From contig JBECUI020000024.1 of assembly GCA_040954595.2 (NCBI GenBank), positions 620,001 to 684,000 on the forward strand: a stretch of DNA of 64,000 nt. Direction: 5' to 3'. Within the stretch, counting starts at the first letter, position 1. Each line of letters starts with the position of its first letter. A program made the position numbers and the translations under genes. The DNA is from Balanoglossus misakiensis. Lineage: Eukaryota > Animalia > Hemichordata. Shown here piece after piece: positions 36,101 through 49,240 of the stretch. A model generated the notes under the pieces. It ran no database searches. It worked only from the letters and a program-made list of their open reading frames with translations, and had not been told where the DNA came from.

Positions 36101-39031
36101 TTCTCAGTGCCAAAGCTGCCCCATTGGATTCTGGCAATCAGAAGAAGGAAAGTTTGTGTGTAATACTTGCCCAAAGGGAATGCTTACATTAGTTGAAGGA
36201 GCTACTGATGAGTCACAATGTCAGGGTAGGTACTTGTGTTATTTGCTATTCTTGACTATCAATCACATGATCTGGCCATGTGACGTACCCATGGCGTTAT
36301 CATTTGTAAGTGACAGGCAAGCAATATTTCGGCATCCAGTAAACTTTTTTCCGAGTAGGTTTTTACTTTAGAACCGCCAGATATGTAACATATTCAACAG
36401 TTTAACAAATTCACGTGAGTGAAAAGCAGATAATCGTGAATATCAAAAAATTAATCTTCTCAATTACAGAGGTATGTAAATCAGTGGGAGTCCAACTTAG
36501 TGTCAATGGGTCTTGTGAGTCGTGTCCCATGGGAACCTATCGATCAAATGCTGAACTTCAGCCATCTTGTATGCCGTGCCCATTTGGCTTCACCACAAGA
36601 ACAGTCGGTTCAACCTTAAGTGAAGATTGTAATGTTTGTAAGTATTATGTATACAACTTTTCATGTTGTATCTCAACTGTACTGAACTGAAGGTTGTATT
36701 ATTGTGCCTCAGTTGTTCAAAATAATGATAGTCCTCCAATTTTATTCTATGCTCTTTTTCCATTCCATCAACAGCTTACTGCAATGTTGGTTGGTACTTG
36801 AATCAGGAGTCCTATAGATGTGAGAAATGCCCTGTTGGAACATATAACTTTGAATTCAACCAGGATGCTTGTCAACCATGCCCAACTGGCTACACTACAG
36901 GCAGAGAGGGTGCCCTATATGAAACAGAATGTGATGGTAGGAATACATTTTTCATAATCATAGAACTGATAACATGCATGAAGTGCTTGTGGAGATCAAC
37001 CTTAACTGTTCAATCTGACACAAACACTTCATTATAAGAAATTTTCTTCTTTATTTAGAGTATCATTTGATATGTTGTGTGATCCAATATTTTTATATAA
37101 TTTAATAATGCTCCTCTTTTAACACCTTTTCTGAAAATTTCACGGAAATAACAATATTGTAATACTGTTTTCTCAGAATTCTACATGTTAGGCTATGGAA
37201 TGTGATAACCATGCACTGCATCTGGGTAGTCATCTAACTTAAAGGTATACAGTCACCTCCAATTTACAAACGCCCATATATGGCTGAAATGGAGTATATG
37301 AGAGTTCTAAAGAACATATGGTGGCGCTCTTTTTTGCATGTGCCACCCACTGAAAATCTGTGATTGGCTAGATCTCCTTTTGCCATGGTAACTATAGCTA
37401 ATTTTCCATAGGTGACCGTATACCTTTAACTGGTGATATGTATGAAGATCCCATAGTTTTATTTGGTGGTCAGTTAAAGACATTGCAAGAATTTTTGTTT
37501 TCTAGATGCACATGAATGTCGTCTTGGTCTGGATGACTGTCACCCAAATGTCACTTGCAGGAATCTTGTACCAGGATATGAATGCACTTGCAAAACTGGT
37601 TTCACTGGTGATGGAATAACTTGTACAGGTATGTAACTATCTACAACTGAAATGTCAACAGAAATATGTACAGCTAAAACGTAGAAACTACTGTTGATTT
37701 AGTATCTCTCTTGCTGCCCTTTTTCCATTAATTATGTTTGATACAAGACACTGTTTATGTTATTCACCCGGTACATGTGGATATATAGTGAATCAACGTT
37801 CGACAGCACACAACTTCCATTCCGTTTGTAAGAAATGAATCTGCAAGTGGGTTTAGTTCTTGTCTAATACAAATGGTTCGTCAGGTAGAATAATGTGATG
37901 TGATTTTATTCTTGTGTCTAGATAAATGTGAAGGGTTCTGCTCAAACAATGCTGTTTGCATCAAGGACAGTGATGGCAATCCTGTTTGTGAATGTACTGA
38001 TGAATATCAGGGTGAAACTTGCCGCCAGAGAATACCAATGCAAGTTAAAGGTGTGTATACATTTCTTTGTCTTTTAATAACTCAAGATTGAAAAACAATA
38101 TTCACTAAAGTTTACACATTTGTTTGATCTACATGATTACAGTTTACGTTGTCTTGAAAATATTTGTGAAAATGGTGAAACTGCAACATCTGCAGTATAA
38201 CTAGATTTTTGGTCAACTAACCATTTTACAATAGTTAAGCATCATAATGAATGGTTGTCTTGCTTTTATCGTAGCATATCGCCCCCGTGACAAATAGAAA
38301 TATTTAAACCCTTACAGATTCCTCCGTTGACACAGCTGTCATCATTGGTGGTGTTGCGGGAGGTTTAGCGGCTGTGTTAGTGCTTGGTGTAATAATGTTA
38401 CTCATGTACCAACGGTAAGTTATTTAGTACTACCAGAGTAGAATCGAGACAGCTGTAGAAATGTTGCCCATCAGAAAACTGGGAATTTACCTGTATCTTT
38501 CCATACATGCATGAGGCAACGTGAAAAATAATCACATCTGTATCGTGGAAGCAAATTTATTCAAAGAGTTCATGCATAGACCTATTCGCGTATAGGGTAA
38601 CTGCAGTGCATCATGGTATAATTTGCGTTCAACATGCATGGCGGCTAACAAGGCAAAGTCACGCGACCAGACCGCAAAGTGTCCAACAACCACCTGCGTT
38701 ATTCTACAGTAGTAACAACATCACAACAAATCCCACATTGATGATGTTCAACTATTTGACATTCAGGTGTGCTCTTGGAGGAAAGAAACATCCAGGCTGG
38801 GAAGAACAAGAGGCAACTATGGATATCCATTGGTTTGATGATACAGATGATGTTGATAGCAAGGCAGGGAAAAGTGTGGAAGATGAGGAAGCCTTCAGAG
38901 AAATCTATCACTACAATCCCATGTATAGTGGCGACAGTGGTAGTGCCAGTGGAAGTGAGGAATGGAGACCAAGGCCTCTTAAGAGTAGAAATGAACTATT
39001 TCATGAGAGTCACGGAGACAGATACTTCTAA
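29937..39031 (+). CDS. 3' part (15 exons) of an uninflatable/SVEP1-like type I membrane protein: pentraxin/LamG, EGF-like, HYR, sushi, RRKR furin site, 4 Cys-rich GCC (ephrin-receptor-like) repeats, cbEGF, EGF, TM, NPxY tail
   Basis: Phase-compatible exons 29937-30137, 30543-30826, 31550-31690, 32395-32490, 33490-33690, 34096-34348, 34917-35065, 35657-35818, 36064-36225, 36470-36637, 36775-36936, 37506-37628, 37922-38050, 38318-38414, 38767-39031; all GT-AG except one acceptor. Confidence 0.88.
30543..30826 (+). CDS. Exon: pentraxin C-terminus plus EGF-like
   Basis: VILGQ..SFHGDVTQMNVYDYVLT..CPIGYSGSPC. Confidence 0.9.
31165..31250. repeat. (CAT/CAC)n microsatellite, intronic
   Basis: Visible; similar tract at 41943-42000. 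Confidence 0.9.
31550..31690 (+). CDS. Exon: HYR domain N-half
   Basis: DKHAPEVIYCP..VWQEPIFTD; cag|...|gtaagt. Confidence 0.88.
32395..32490 (+). CDS. Exon: HYR domain C-half
   Basis: GDTFSWGNYQISYVASDTAGNNAQCNF. Confidence 0.88.
32588..32777. mobile_element. TA-flanked MITE (Tc1/mariner-type); related element at 34640-34847
   Basis: TA|CTGTAAAACGG...CCGTTTTACAG|TA. Confidence 0.75.
33490..33690 (+). CDS. Exon: sushi/CCP domain (acceptor reads AT)
   Basis: FDCEKPAPPVKG..CQVDCLPGYKF..FPGCS|gtgaga. Confidence 0.8.
34096..34348 (+). CDS. Exon with furin site
   Basis: ICGGECNFDDLEITCGASNRRKR. Confidence 0.85.
34917..35065 (+). CDS. Exon
   Basis: tag|..FCSNGSVLVGEEC|gtgagt, phase compatible. 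Confidence 0.85.
35103..35187. mobile_element. Tiny piggyBac-type MITE
   Basis: TTAA|CCCTTTCAC...GTGAAAGGA|TTAA. Confidence 0.65.
35657..35818 (+). CDS. Exon: Cys-rich GCC repeat 1
   Basis: CPEGSY..CHPCAIGYYQPLEGQTACNACP. Confidence 0.92.
36064..36225 (+). CDS. Exon: GCC repeat 2
   Basis: CQSCPIGFWQSEEGKFVCNTCP..GATDESQC. Confidence 0.92.
36470..36637 (+). CDS. Exon: GCC repeat 3
   Basis: CESCPMGTYR..CMPCPFGFTT. Confidence 0.92.
36775..36936 (+). CDS. Exon: GCC repeat 4
   Basis: CEKCPVGTYN..CQPCPTGYTT. Confidence 0.92.
37243..37425. mobile_element. Kolobok-type MITE
   Basis: TTAA|AGGTATACAGTCACCT...AGGTGACCGTATACCT|TTAA. Confidence 0.8.
37506..37628 (+). CDS. Exon: calcium-binding EGF
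   Basis: DAHECRLGLDDCHPNVTCRNLVPGYECTCKTGFTGDGITC. Confidence 0.92.
37922..38050 (+). CDS. Exon: EGF
   Basis: CEGFCSNNAVC..CECTDEYQGETC. Confidence 0.9.
38318..38414 (+). CDS. Exon: transmembrane helix
   Basis: AVIIGGVAGGLAAVLVLGVIMLLMYQR. Confidence 0.9.
38767..39031 (+). CDS. Terminal exon: cytoplasmic tail
   Basis: Contains YNPMY (NPxY); stop TAA at 39029-39031. Confidence 0.88.
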
Positions 39032-40670
39032 TGTGCCATCTCTGTGTGTACATGTATGGTATAATTCAAATGATAACTAGAATGGTTTTCATTTTGTGAG
39101 TTGACACAGTACTGTGATAAGCTTGGTATAATCCCATAAATGATAACAATAATAGTTATGCTTTGTCAGACGACAGTACTGTGATAAGCGCACATTAAAT
39201 TGGTTGGAGTGAAACAGATCTTTATTATTACACTCTTAGCAACATCTGAATGAAATGATCATAAATAATCATCTTTAAAGTATGTTGGTTATAAGGCTAT
39301 ATATTTTACATATTTTAAAGAATTTTCCTTAAAAATTTGTTATGACTTATTATAAGGTATTGTGTAATGAAAAAGATATGATAATACGAGAATTCCTAAA
39401 CAACAACATATTTTTGTTGAATTTGGAGGACAAATTTAACAGTGTACCAATTCAGCTCTCCCTTTGCATGCTGACTTGCTTCTGTATTCATACAAGGCAG
39501 CATTTATCCTTAACTTGATCAGATAGAAGGTCTTTTCATCCAAATGCATAGATTATGAATTATTTCTCTCAATATATTCAGTGACTACCTCCCGATGATA
39601 TATATCCTCCTGAATTAGTGCTTCAAATTTTGATATTTTTCTTGATATTTTTCTTTAATTTGACTTCAACCGTCACCATTCTCCAAGACTGTAAAAGAAG
39701 GGAGATGATGATTAACTATTATCAATTTTTTTGCCCCTTGTACTGTCTTTACAACTGGCCGTATAAATCTGATATTTGTTTGGCATGCGAATTTTGGAAT
39801 ATGGATGTGTATGATCACAATTATAAGATCCTCAAAATAAAAGATCCTATCATTTCATTTGGTTAATAACCAGTTCATAGGTGAATGGAAATATAGTTAC
39901 TCACTTTGAGACCTGACATGTATATATAATAATTCAAAGTATTTATTCGCATATTTTTATATTATTCATGGTGTTATAGATCAATGGAAATTTTTCAAAT
40001 TAAATTCATGTATATAAAATGTAGCAATGTAATGTCATATGTGAAACCCTTAATCTTGATATTGTAATTCATTGTAGAATATGATTATATTGTGTTATTC
40101 ACTCAACTTGTGCATGTATGTTTAAGATTCATGCAAAATTACTTTTTTATACAAACTGTTCCTTTTTGTGTTGTTCGGAGGTGACAACTCATCAACAATG
40201 AAATAAGTTTGGGAAATTTTTGAACAAAGTCATGAAGTGGAAGTACTATAAATAAGTTTAATATCTGTTTGAGTTGTCCTGCCAGAAGTCAACATTTTTA
40301 GCTTATACAAATACTGGTGCAACTACAGAACAGTTGAAGAATTTCATCATTATATTTATGTTTTAATTACAAGTATATCAATTGTACCTTTTCCTTATAT
40401 TAAAAGCATATTTTTATTATAATATTTAACTGAGTTCTTTGTCTACTTTTTTAAACTGACAATTTGTCAGTCATTACCATAACCCTGGAGTGTATTTCAC
40501 TGTGTCCAGAGATTCTTCTGTAGTTGTTATAATAAGACATCAAACCAGGTCCAATAATCAATATTACTCAAGCTAAGCTAATTACCAGGTCCAGGTTCAA
40601 AAAAGAAATAAGAGAAAAACTTACAATTTCAACAGGATCATCTTGAACCACTGCTAAGTGGTAGTACTCG

Positions 40671-41120
40671 CACAGGGGGGCTGCAAACATGAAAGTTATA
40701 AATGGCGGAGTTCCTGCATTTTCCCCCAATAAACATTAATTGATGAACAGTCTTTGTGCTTGTTTATTTTTCTGTGTTACCTCCACCTGTCTTAGCAGTT
40801 GCTAATCCAGAATACAAACTATTGCATTTCCAATTAAGCACCTGCTAACGACTTAATCTGTGTGCCCCATCCACGGATTTAGTGGATTAAGTAAACATCG
40901 GTCAGTTCTCACTTGGTAAGAGAATACCCAGTACTCGCTGACCGATATTTACTTTATTAACTTAATCCATGGATGGGGCACACAGATTAAGTCGTTAGCA
41001 GGTGATTAATGGGAAATGGATAGCTTTTATTCTGGATTAGCAAATGATAAGACAGGTTGGGAAAACGCAGAATGGAACGTACTTCGCCATTTATAACTTT
41101 CATGTTTGCAGCCCCCTGTG
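40671..41120. mobile_element. 450-bp fold-back MITE with CACAG termini
   Basis: CACAGGGGGGCTGCAAACATGAAAGTTATAAATGGCG ... CGCCATTTATAACTTTCATGTTTGCAGCCCCCTGTG, with internal palindromic arms; no clear TSD. Confidence 0.85.
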
Positions 41121-43743
41121 GTACTAGGTGTCGGAAATGGGTAAGCACACCCTTCCAGCATGCTACACCCGTTAAGACTGACCCAAAGAGACATATTTAA
41201 GTTGAATTTGACTTAACTAACAAATTACTGTTGCAAGTCAAATCCATATTTTGACTTTATCTCTGACTGAGCGCAGCATTGTCTGAGAGACACTTCACGT
41301 CTTCCTCTTCACAAGCAGCCCACTTCAAGTTTCAGCAACATCCATAATAGTCCTAAAGTTGAGGTGCCAGTTAAAATTAGGTTTTTGGACCAAACTGGAA
41401 TAGCTGCCGAAGTTTGGTATTTCAAATGATTGTCAGGTCACCTGTTTATTATATGACTGTGAGGTTTCTAACAAAAGGGAGATGACATACAATCACAAGT
41501 GTAAATCCAATATTGAACATTACTTAAAGGGACAAATTGTTCAAATCCTCTTTTGAGCTTATTTGGTCAATTTTGTTTGATATGAAATGTGCCTATTATG
41601 CTGTTTGACTTCTTTAAACATGCTTAAATACTGGCCAATAAATAACTCCACTATGTTTGAAATTAAACCAGATAGTACAATAATACATTCCAAATGTCAT
41701 CTGTGATAACATCATGCTTTGGACTTTTTTACTTTATATATTACATAACATGTTACGGAGGGGGGAGAGAGGTGAGAAAAGGAATGTGAGAAAGGAGAAG
41801 AAAAGCAAGAGGGCGGAAATGAGAATGTCAGGATGGAAAGGGAATGAGGGGAGGACTTTGACAGAAGGGGAGGGGAGATACCGAATAAGTGAAGGTGAGA
41901 GAGGAAGTGGTTAGACAGGAAGAAAGGGAAATTAAAGCTCAATCACCACCACCACCACCACCACCACAATCATCATCATCACCATCATTGCCATCATCAT
42001 TCTGGAGGCATCGTGGCCTGTATTGGCCCATGGGCATCATGGGCCAAAAAAACTGATTCAGTGTAAATGTGCATAAACCACACTTTTGTACGAACTCCTG
42101 TAACCGGTGACGCAAGTCGTGAGTGGATTTGTGGGCGTGTCGCGACCTTTTCTGTGAACGTGATGCAGAGTGATATATTGATGACCCCCAGCCACCCCCA
42201 CACCCTTTGGTAACACACTTCTTAAACTTTCTTTACATAGAATGGACTTCTCAAACCTTCCTTACCAAAGTTCTGATTAAAGATATCTATCTTCTAGGGT
42301 ACTACCAACAGCGTTTCACGTGACTGTAGACAAGCATCAAGTACCTGTACACAGACAAGGGCGTGCGCGCGTCCACAATAATTTAAAACGAATGTTTCCA
42401 CCGCCGTGTGTTTTATGCACATAAACACTGAATCAGCTTTAATATTGTCCCATGATGCCCCGTGAGTTGTCAGGGTACCAAACTGACAATGCTGGAGAAA
42501 AAATGAAGTGTTGACATGCATGTTGTTGAGGGGTTTCACAATGCATGTTACGGACGCTGGTTTCTCTTAGCAATAGAGTAGAGGCGTAAGGATGGGTTGA
42601 TCTTGTGATTAAGAATTTTGGCAAAGAAACAGAAATTGTGTCATTTAGTTTTGTATTAAACCCTATTCGCGTATTTTGTGTTAAAGCACGAAATACTGCA
42701 ATAATGAGATACGGTAGTATTTAACACATATAATATATGATATAATATAGCTTTATCAATACCAGTGAATTTTGTGACGTCATTGCTGTACATTTTTTTA
42801 TCTTTTATTTAAAACGCACAATGTTACATCAACAAATCAAAAGAAGAAACGAACTGAAAACTCACATCATAGCTTCAAAATGTATTACACTTTCTGGATG
42901 GTTGCATGATTCCTAAGGTTTGTATACCTTCAACCTCAATGTCACGCGGGAGGATTGGTGTTGGGAATGTAACGGGGAATTAAACTCTATCGATGGGGAT
43001 AACTCGCTTGGCTAATACTGAGAGGTACCTATATGGAATCGTGCTGACGTCCAGATACATCGACACGAACACTGGGTATTTATGGTAGCAACTGAGAATA
43101 TAAGAATTTAATGAAATAAACCTACTCGACCACTTGCGTTCTGAGGACAAGAAGGACACAAATAGTCCGCCATCCAAAAGACCGTTCCAGCATTTTATTT
43201 TTACCCGCCAAAAGACGCGGAGATATATTTTTAGATGAATGATCCATGCATACTCTGATTGCATAGTACTTGTCTTCCTTGTGTTCCTTAAAACAATGAA
43301 TGTATTGTATTTTCTTTTCTTTTCATCAGGAATGCGATAACTTTCTTAACACTTCAAAAGTTTCTTTACTCTTCAATCACTTCTGTCTCAACTTTTAAGT
43401 TTAACTTTTACTTCCAAATCTCAGGTCACAAACTCTATAGACTGCTAAACAATTTTCTTCCTAGTGTTGTATGCGCCACTTGTGAATTTTTGCGAGTGAG
43501 ATTCACGGGCGTTTGAGCACAATTTATACAAAATATGTTTATCGCCATTAGAAAAACGTTCGCGTAGAATCAATGACGTCATGGTAAATTTTAGCTGCAT
43601 GCTCCAATAGGGATGATAGGGAGACTACTTGTTGTAGAGCACCTGAAAATGTACGTATTTCGTCACTTCCTTTTCGCGAAATTTAATTCTTAACGGCATC
43701 TTAGTTTTAAGATTTGTGATTCCTTTTTTCTTCAGTTGTACAT

Positions 43744-44045
43744 TTGCATCACGGGATACTTCTTTGTAGACTATCGAACCTTGGCATCTCAGACACAGTA
43801 CTAACATGGTTTACATCTTACCTTCAATATAGATATCAAACTGTAATCATCGAAAACACTGCAAGTTCACAGTCACCTCTCGTATACGGGGTGCCACTGC
43901 CCCTCTGTTGTTCACCATTTATATAGCCCAACTTTATAGTAAACCGATTCGTCCCCACATCCTACAATTTCATCAGTACGCCGATGATAACCAGCGATAC
44001 CTCGCCTTTTCCCATCAAGATTCAACCTCTGACGTTCCTGTCTTC
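43744..44045 (+). mobile_element. Degenerate LINE RT fragment (L2/CR1-type)
   Basis: HGILLCRLSNLGISDTVLTWFTSYL..YGVP..LFTIY..FHQYADD. Confidence 0.8.
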
Positions 44046-44924
44046 TAAGGATTGTTGAACTTTAATTCATGCAGTTTGTTGTTACGGCCGGTCGTCCTCC
44101 GGACGTTTACCTCATCGGCTTCTGTGGGGAATCAGCCACGTCCGAAAGCTGACGGCGTACATTCTCTTCATCTCCTTCTCCACCCAACATATTCATAAAG
44201 TCCGAGAGAGGTACCCGGCAGATCGTAAACCTTTCGTAGACAGAGACTTGCAAGAAGTTTTCCGAGTAACACAAAGTTCTGGTTTATTACTGGTCACACG
44301 TAAGAATTACACGACTCGATCCATGCTCGTTGACTCCCATCACGGATCTCCGGTGATAAATGTGTGATCTCAAATTTCACCACACCTTATTAATACGTTA
44401 GTCAAGTATTAAGTCATAAAAGGAACACGTCATCTTGATATTTCTTAAACATGAACTTAGCGCGTGATATCTCTATCTCGTTCTGACATGTATCAATTAC
44501 ACAATGTTGTTTACTCTGGGTCAAGTACCAATGTCAATACTGGACTAAAACCATATAAGTGAATGACTTCTTACGTAATCATAAACAAGATCTATGATCG
44601 TTAAAACTCAATCGTGACACTTGTATTACCACTGGTTTCTCATGATTGTTCATGCATCGGGGAATCTGTAGCGATGAGGTAACGGGCTCTGACGAGAACC
44701 GTGATCCACGGAGAAACGTATTTGATTTACGTTCATTTATTGTCCGGAATTATTATAGTACATCAAATACGCCCAGTAAAGTACATGAGGAAGGGAACGA
44801 GCTCAGTAGCCTGAGGTACTCCCATCTCCCGTTAGATTATTCTCCCCTAACTTTGGAAACAAAGTTCTCTTATGATTACTTTTCTCAAGGCGTGGTTAAC
44901 CATGTAAAATATCACAAATACATG

Positions 44925-47805
44925 TAGTGGCCAGTGTCGTGCCCATTAATTTTGAGTGTTTGGTGGGGTCAACCTTTGCGTCAACATTGATTAACCAGGC
45001 CATGCAGAGCTAGTGGCCAGTGTCGTGCCCATTAATTTTGAGTGTTTGGTGGGGTCAACCTTTGCGTCAACATTGATTAACCAGGCCATGCAGAGCTAGT
45101 GGCCAGTGTCGTGCCCATTAATTTTGAGTGTTTGGTGGGGTCAACCTTTGCGTCAACATTGATTAACCAGGCCATGCAGAGCTAGTGGCCAGTGTCGTGC
45201 CCATTAATTTTGAGTGTTTGGTGGGGTCAACCTTTGCGTCAACATTGATTAACCAGGCCATGCAGAGCTAGTGGCCAGTGTCGTGCCCATTAATTTTGAG
45301 TGTTTGGTGGGGTCAACCTTTGCGTCAACATTGATTAACCATGCCATGCAGAGCTAGTGGCCAGTGTCGTGCCCATTAATTTTGAGTGTTTGGTGGGGTC
45401 AACCTTTGCGTCAACATTGATTAACCAGGCCATGCAGAGCTAGTGGCCAGTGTCGTGCCCATTAATTTTGAGTGTTTGGTGGGGTCAACCTTTGCGTCAA
45501 CATTGATTAACCAGGCCATGCAGCGCTAGTGGCCAGTGTCGTGCCCATTAATTTTGAGTGTTTGGTGGGGTCAACCTTTGCGTCAACATTGATAAACCAG
45601 GCCATGCAGAGCTAGTGGCCAGTGTCGTTCCCATTAATTTTGAGTGTTTGGTGGGGTCAACCTTTGCGTCAACATTGATTAACCAGGCCAGAGCTTAGTG
45701 GCCAGTGTCGTGCCCATCAATTTTGAGTGTTTGGTGGGGTCAACCCTTGCGTCAACCTCGATTAGCCAGGCCAGAGCTTAGTGGCCAGTGTCGCGCCCAT
45801 TAATTTTGAGTGTTTGGTGGGGTCAACCCTTGCGTCAACCTGGATTAGCCAGGCCAGAGCTAGTGGCCAGTGTCGTGCCCATCAATTTTGAGTGTTTGGT
45901 GGGGTCAACCCTTGCGTCAACATTGATTAGCCAGGCCAGAGCTAGTGGCCAGTGTCGTGCCCATCAATTTTGAGTGTTTGGTGGGGTCAACCCTTGCGTC
46001 AACCTTGATTAGCCAGGCCAAAGCTAGTGGCCAGTGTCGTGCCCATCAATTATGAGTGTTTGGTGGGGTCAACCCTTGCGTCAACATTGATTAGCCAGGC
46101 CAGAGCTAGTGGCCAGTGTCGTGCCCATCAATTATGAGTGTTTGGTGGGGTCAACCCTTGTGTCAACATTGATTAGCCAGGCCAGAGCTTAGTGGCCAGT
46201 GTTGCGCCCATTAATTTTGAGTGTTTGGTGGGGTAAACCCTTGCGTCAACCTTGATTAGCCAGGCCAGAGCTAGTGGCCAGTGTCGTGCCCATCAATTTT
46301 GAGTGTTTGGTGGGGTCAACCCTTGCGTCAACCTTGATTAGCCAGGCCAGAGCTAGTGGCCAGTGTCGTGCCCATCAATTATGAGTGTTTGGTGGGGTCA
46401 ACCCTTGCGTCAACATTGATTAGCCAGGCCAGAGCTAGTGGCCAGTGTCGTGCCCATCAATTATGAGTGTTTGGTGGGGTCAACCCTTGCGTCAACATTG
46501 ATTAGCCAGGCCAGAGCTTAGTGGCCAGTGTTGCGCCCATTAATTTTGAGTGTTTGGTGGGGTAAACCCTTGCGTCAACCTTGATTAGCCAGGCCAGAGC
46601 TAGTGGCCAGTGTCGTGCCCATCAATTTTGAGTGTTTGGTGGGGTCAACCTTTGCGTCAACCTTGATTAGCCAGGCCAGAGCTAGTGGCCAGTGTCGTGC
46701 CCATCAATTTTGAGTGTTTGGTGGGGTCAACCCTTGCGTCAACATTGATTAGCCAGGCCAGAGCTAGTGGCCAGTGTCGCGCCCATTAATTTTGAGTGTT
46801 TGGTGGGATCAACCTTTGCGTCAACCTTGATTAGCCAGGCCATGCAGAGCTAGTGGCCAGTGTCGTGCCCATCAATTTTGAGTGTTTGGTGGGGTCAACC
46901 TTTGCGTCAACCTTGATTAGCCAGGCCATGCAGAGCTAGTGGCCAGTGTCGTGCCCATCAATTTTGAGTGTTTGGTGGGGTCAACCTTTGCGTCAACCTT
47001 GATTAGCCAGGCCATGCAGAGCTAGTGGCCAGTGTCGTGCCCATCAATTTTGAGTGTTTGGTGGGGTCAACCTTTGCGTCAACCTTGATTAACCAGGCCA
47101 TGCAGAGCTAGTGGCCAGTGTCGTGCCCATCAATTTTGAGTGTTTGGTGGGGTCAACCTTTGCGTCAACATTGATCAACCAGGCCATGCAGAGCTAGTGG
47201 CCAGTGTCGTGCCCATCAATTTTGAGTGTTTGGTGGGGTCAACCTTTGCGTCAACATTGATTAACCAGGCCATGCAGAGCTAGTGGCCAGTGTCGTGCCC
47301 ATCAATTTTGAGTGTTTGGTGGGTTCAACCTTTGCGTCAACATTGATTAACCAGGCCATGCAGAGCTACATTGTAGTGGCCAGTGTCGTGCCCATCAATT
47401 TTGAGTGTTTGGTGGGGTCAACCTTTGCGTCAACATTGATTAACCAGGCCATGCAGAGCTAGTGGCCAGTGTCGTGCCCATCAATTTTGAGTGTTTGGTG
47501 GGGTCAACCTTTGCGTCAACTTTGATTAACCAGGCCATGCAGAGCTAGTGGCCAGTGTCGTGCCCATCAATTTTGAGTGTTTGGTGGGGTCAACCTTTGT
47601 GTCAACATTGATTAACCAGGCCATGCAGAGCTAGTGGCCAGTGTCGTGCCCATCAATTTTGAGTGTTTGGTGGGGTCAACCTTTGCATCAACATTGATTA
47701 ACCAGGCCATGCAGAGCTAGTGGCCAGTGTCGTGCCCATTAATTTTGAGTGTTTGGTAGGGTCAACCTTTGCGTCAACATTGATTAACCAGGCCATGCAG
47801 AGCTA
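44925..47805. repeat. Satellite array, ~34 units of 82-86 bp
   Basis: tagtggccagtgtcgtgccc... at 44925, 45011, 45097 and onward. Confidence 0.98.
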
Positions 47806-48399
47806 CATGTATGTTGCCTGTAAGGCACACATCTCCAATTGGTACATTGGGCCTATCATACTGTACATGTACAACTAGGAAAATGTACTTCATCATATTT
47901 CCATAGTCAGCAGCTTCAAGAACATGTTGCCTTCTCTATATGAATGTTTAGACTAAAAAGAAGTATAAGAAGAATAAAGTTGTCCAATTATTGTTGGCAG
48001 GGGGTGGGGATGTGTGCTCCCATACAAATGTATATGGGTATGTACTCTTTAAGAAAAACGTTCATATGCAAGAGAAAAATGGTAAATGACAAAGAAAATT
48101 TGACTGGTATTACAATAGGTCGGGTTTTTGGCATTTACACATATTGATGTTATCAACCGGGAAGCACACTACGTGCTGAAAATAATTGGAGACCTCTCGC
48201 CCGGGGTGTCGGCCAGTGGCCACATACATTTCCAGTCCTAAACCTTGCATCAGTTCTGTGGTGCGGATTAAGAAATAAGATTGGCGCTACAATATGCCCA
48301 CTTAGATTGAAATGGATTCTGCATATATACATGTAAACACATTGAAAATGAGATATTACACATATAATCATGGGACAAGAAGGGCAAAAATTAAATTAT

Positions 48400-49240
48400 C
48401 CAGCAGGTGCTCGAATTATGCAAATTAGAACAGTTGTCTAATATTGCCATGTCAACCACGTTGAAATTGTTTTAGGTACCCATATTAATTAAAACCGTGA
48501 AAATGCGATATTACACACCATATAAGACAAACCAGGGAAATTTACATGTTAGAGAAGTTTGTCGGCCATTTTGGATTATGCAAATTAGTACAGTTGTCTA
48601 ATATTGCCATGTCAACCACGCTGAAATTGTTTTAGTTACCCATATTGATGAAAACCCTGCAAATGCGATTTTAGGCACCATATAAGACAAAACAGGGAAA
48701 TTTACATTTAAGAAGAGTTTGGTGGCCATTTTGGATTATGCAAATTAGAACAGCTGTCTAATATTGCCATGTCAACGACGTTGAAATTGTTTTAGGTACC
48801 CATATTGATGAAAACCCTGCAAATGCGATATTACACACTATTAAAGACAACCATAGTAAATTTACATGTTAGAGAAGTTTGTCGGCCATTCTAGATCATG
48901 CAAATTAGAACAGCTGTCTAACATTGCAATGTCAACCACGTTGAAATTGTTTTAGGTACCCATATTGATGAAAACCCTTCAAATGCGATACTACACACTA
49001 TTTAAGACGACCATAGGAAATTTACATGTTAGAGGAGTTTGGCGGCCATTTTGGACTATGCAAATGAGAAGAGTTGAACAAAAAATGCCATATTTGCAAT
49101 GCTGTTGTCTTGTTTTGGGTGCCTATGTTAAGGCTTGAAAATGAAAGCTTATTCACCATTTTGGCACAAACAGTGCCGAGAAGGTGTTCCAATGTAACTT
49201 AGAAGAGTTGCCATATTTGCAATACAGTTATATTGTTTAA
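48400..49240. repeat. 160-bp tandem subrepeats
   Basis: atgcaaat(t/g)ag recurs with 'caaat' at 48421, 48581, 48741, 48901, 49061. Confidence 0.9.

Noticed and set aside
44081-44910. Solo LTR starting TGTTACGG
   Set aside because: No matching ..CA end or TSD found; plausible but unsupported
44925-47805. CRISPR array
   Set aside because: Units repeat end to end with no unique spacers, there are no cas genes, and the context is eukaryotic
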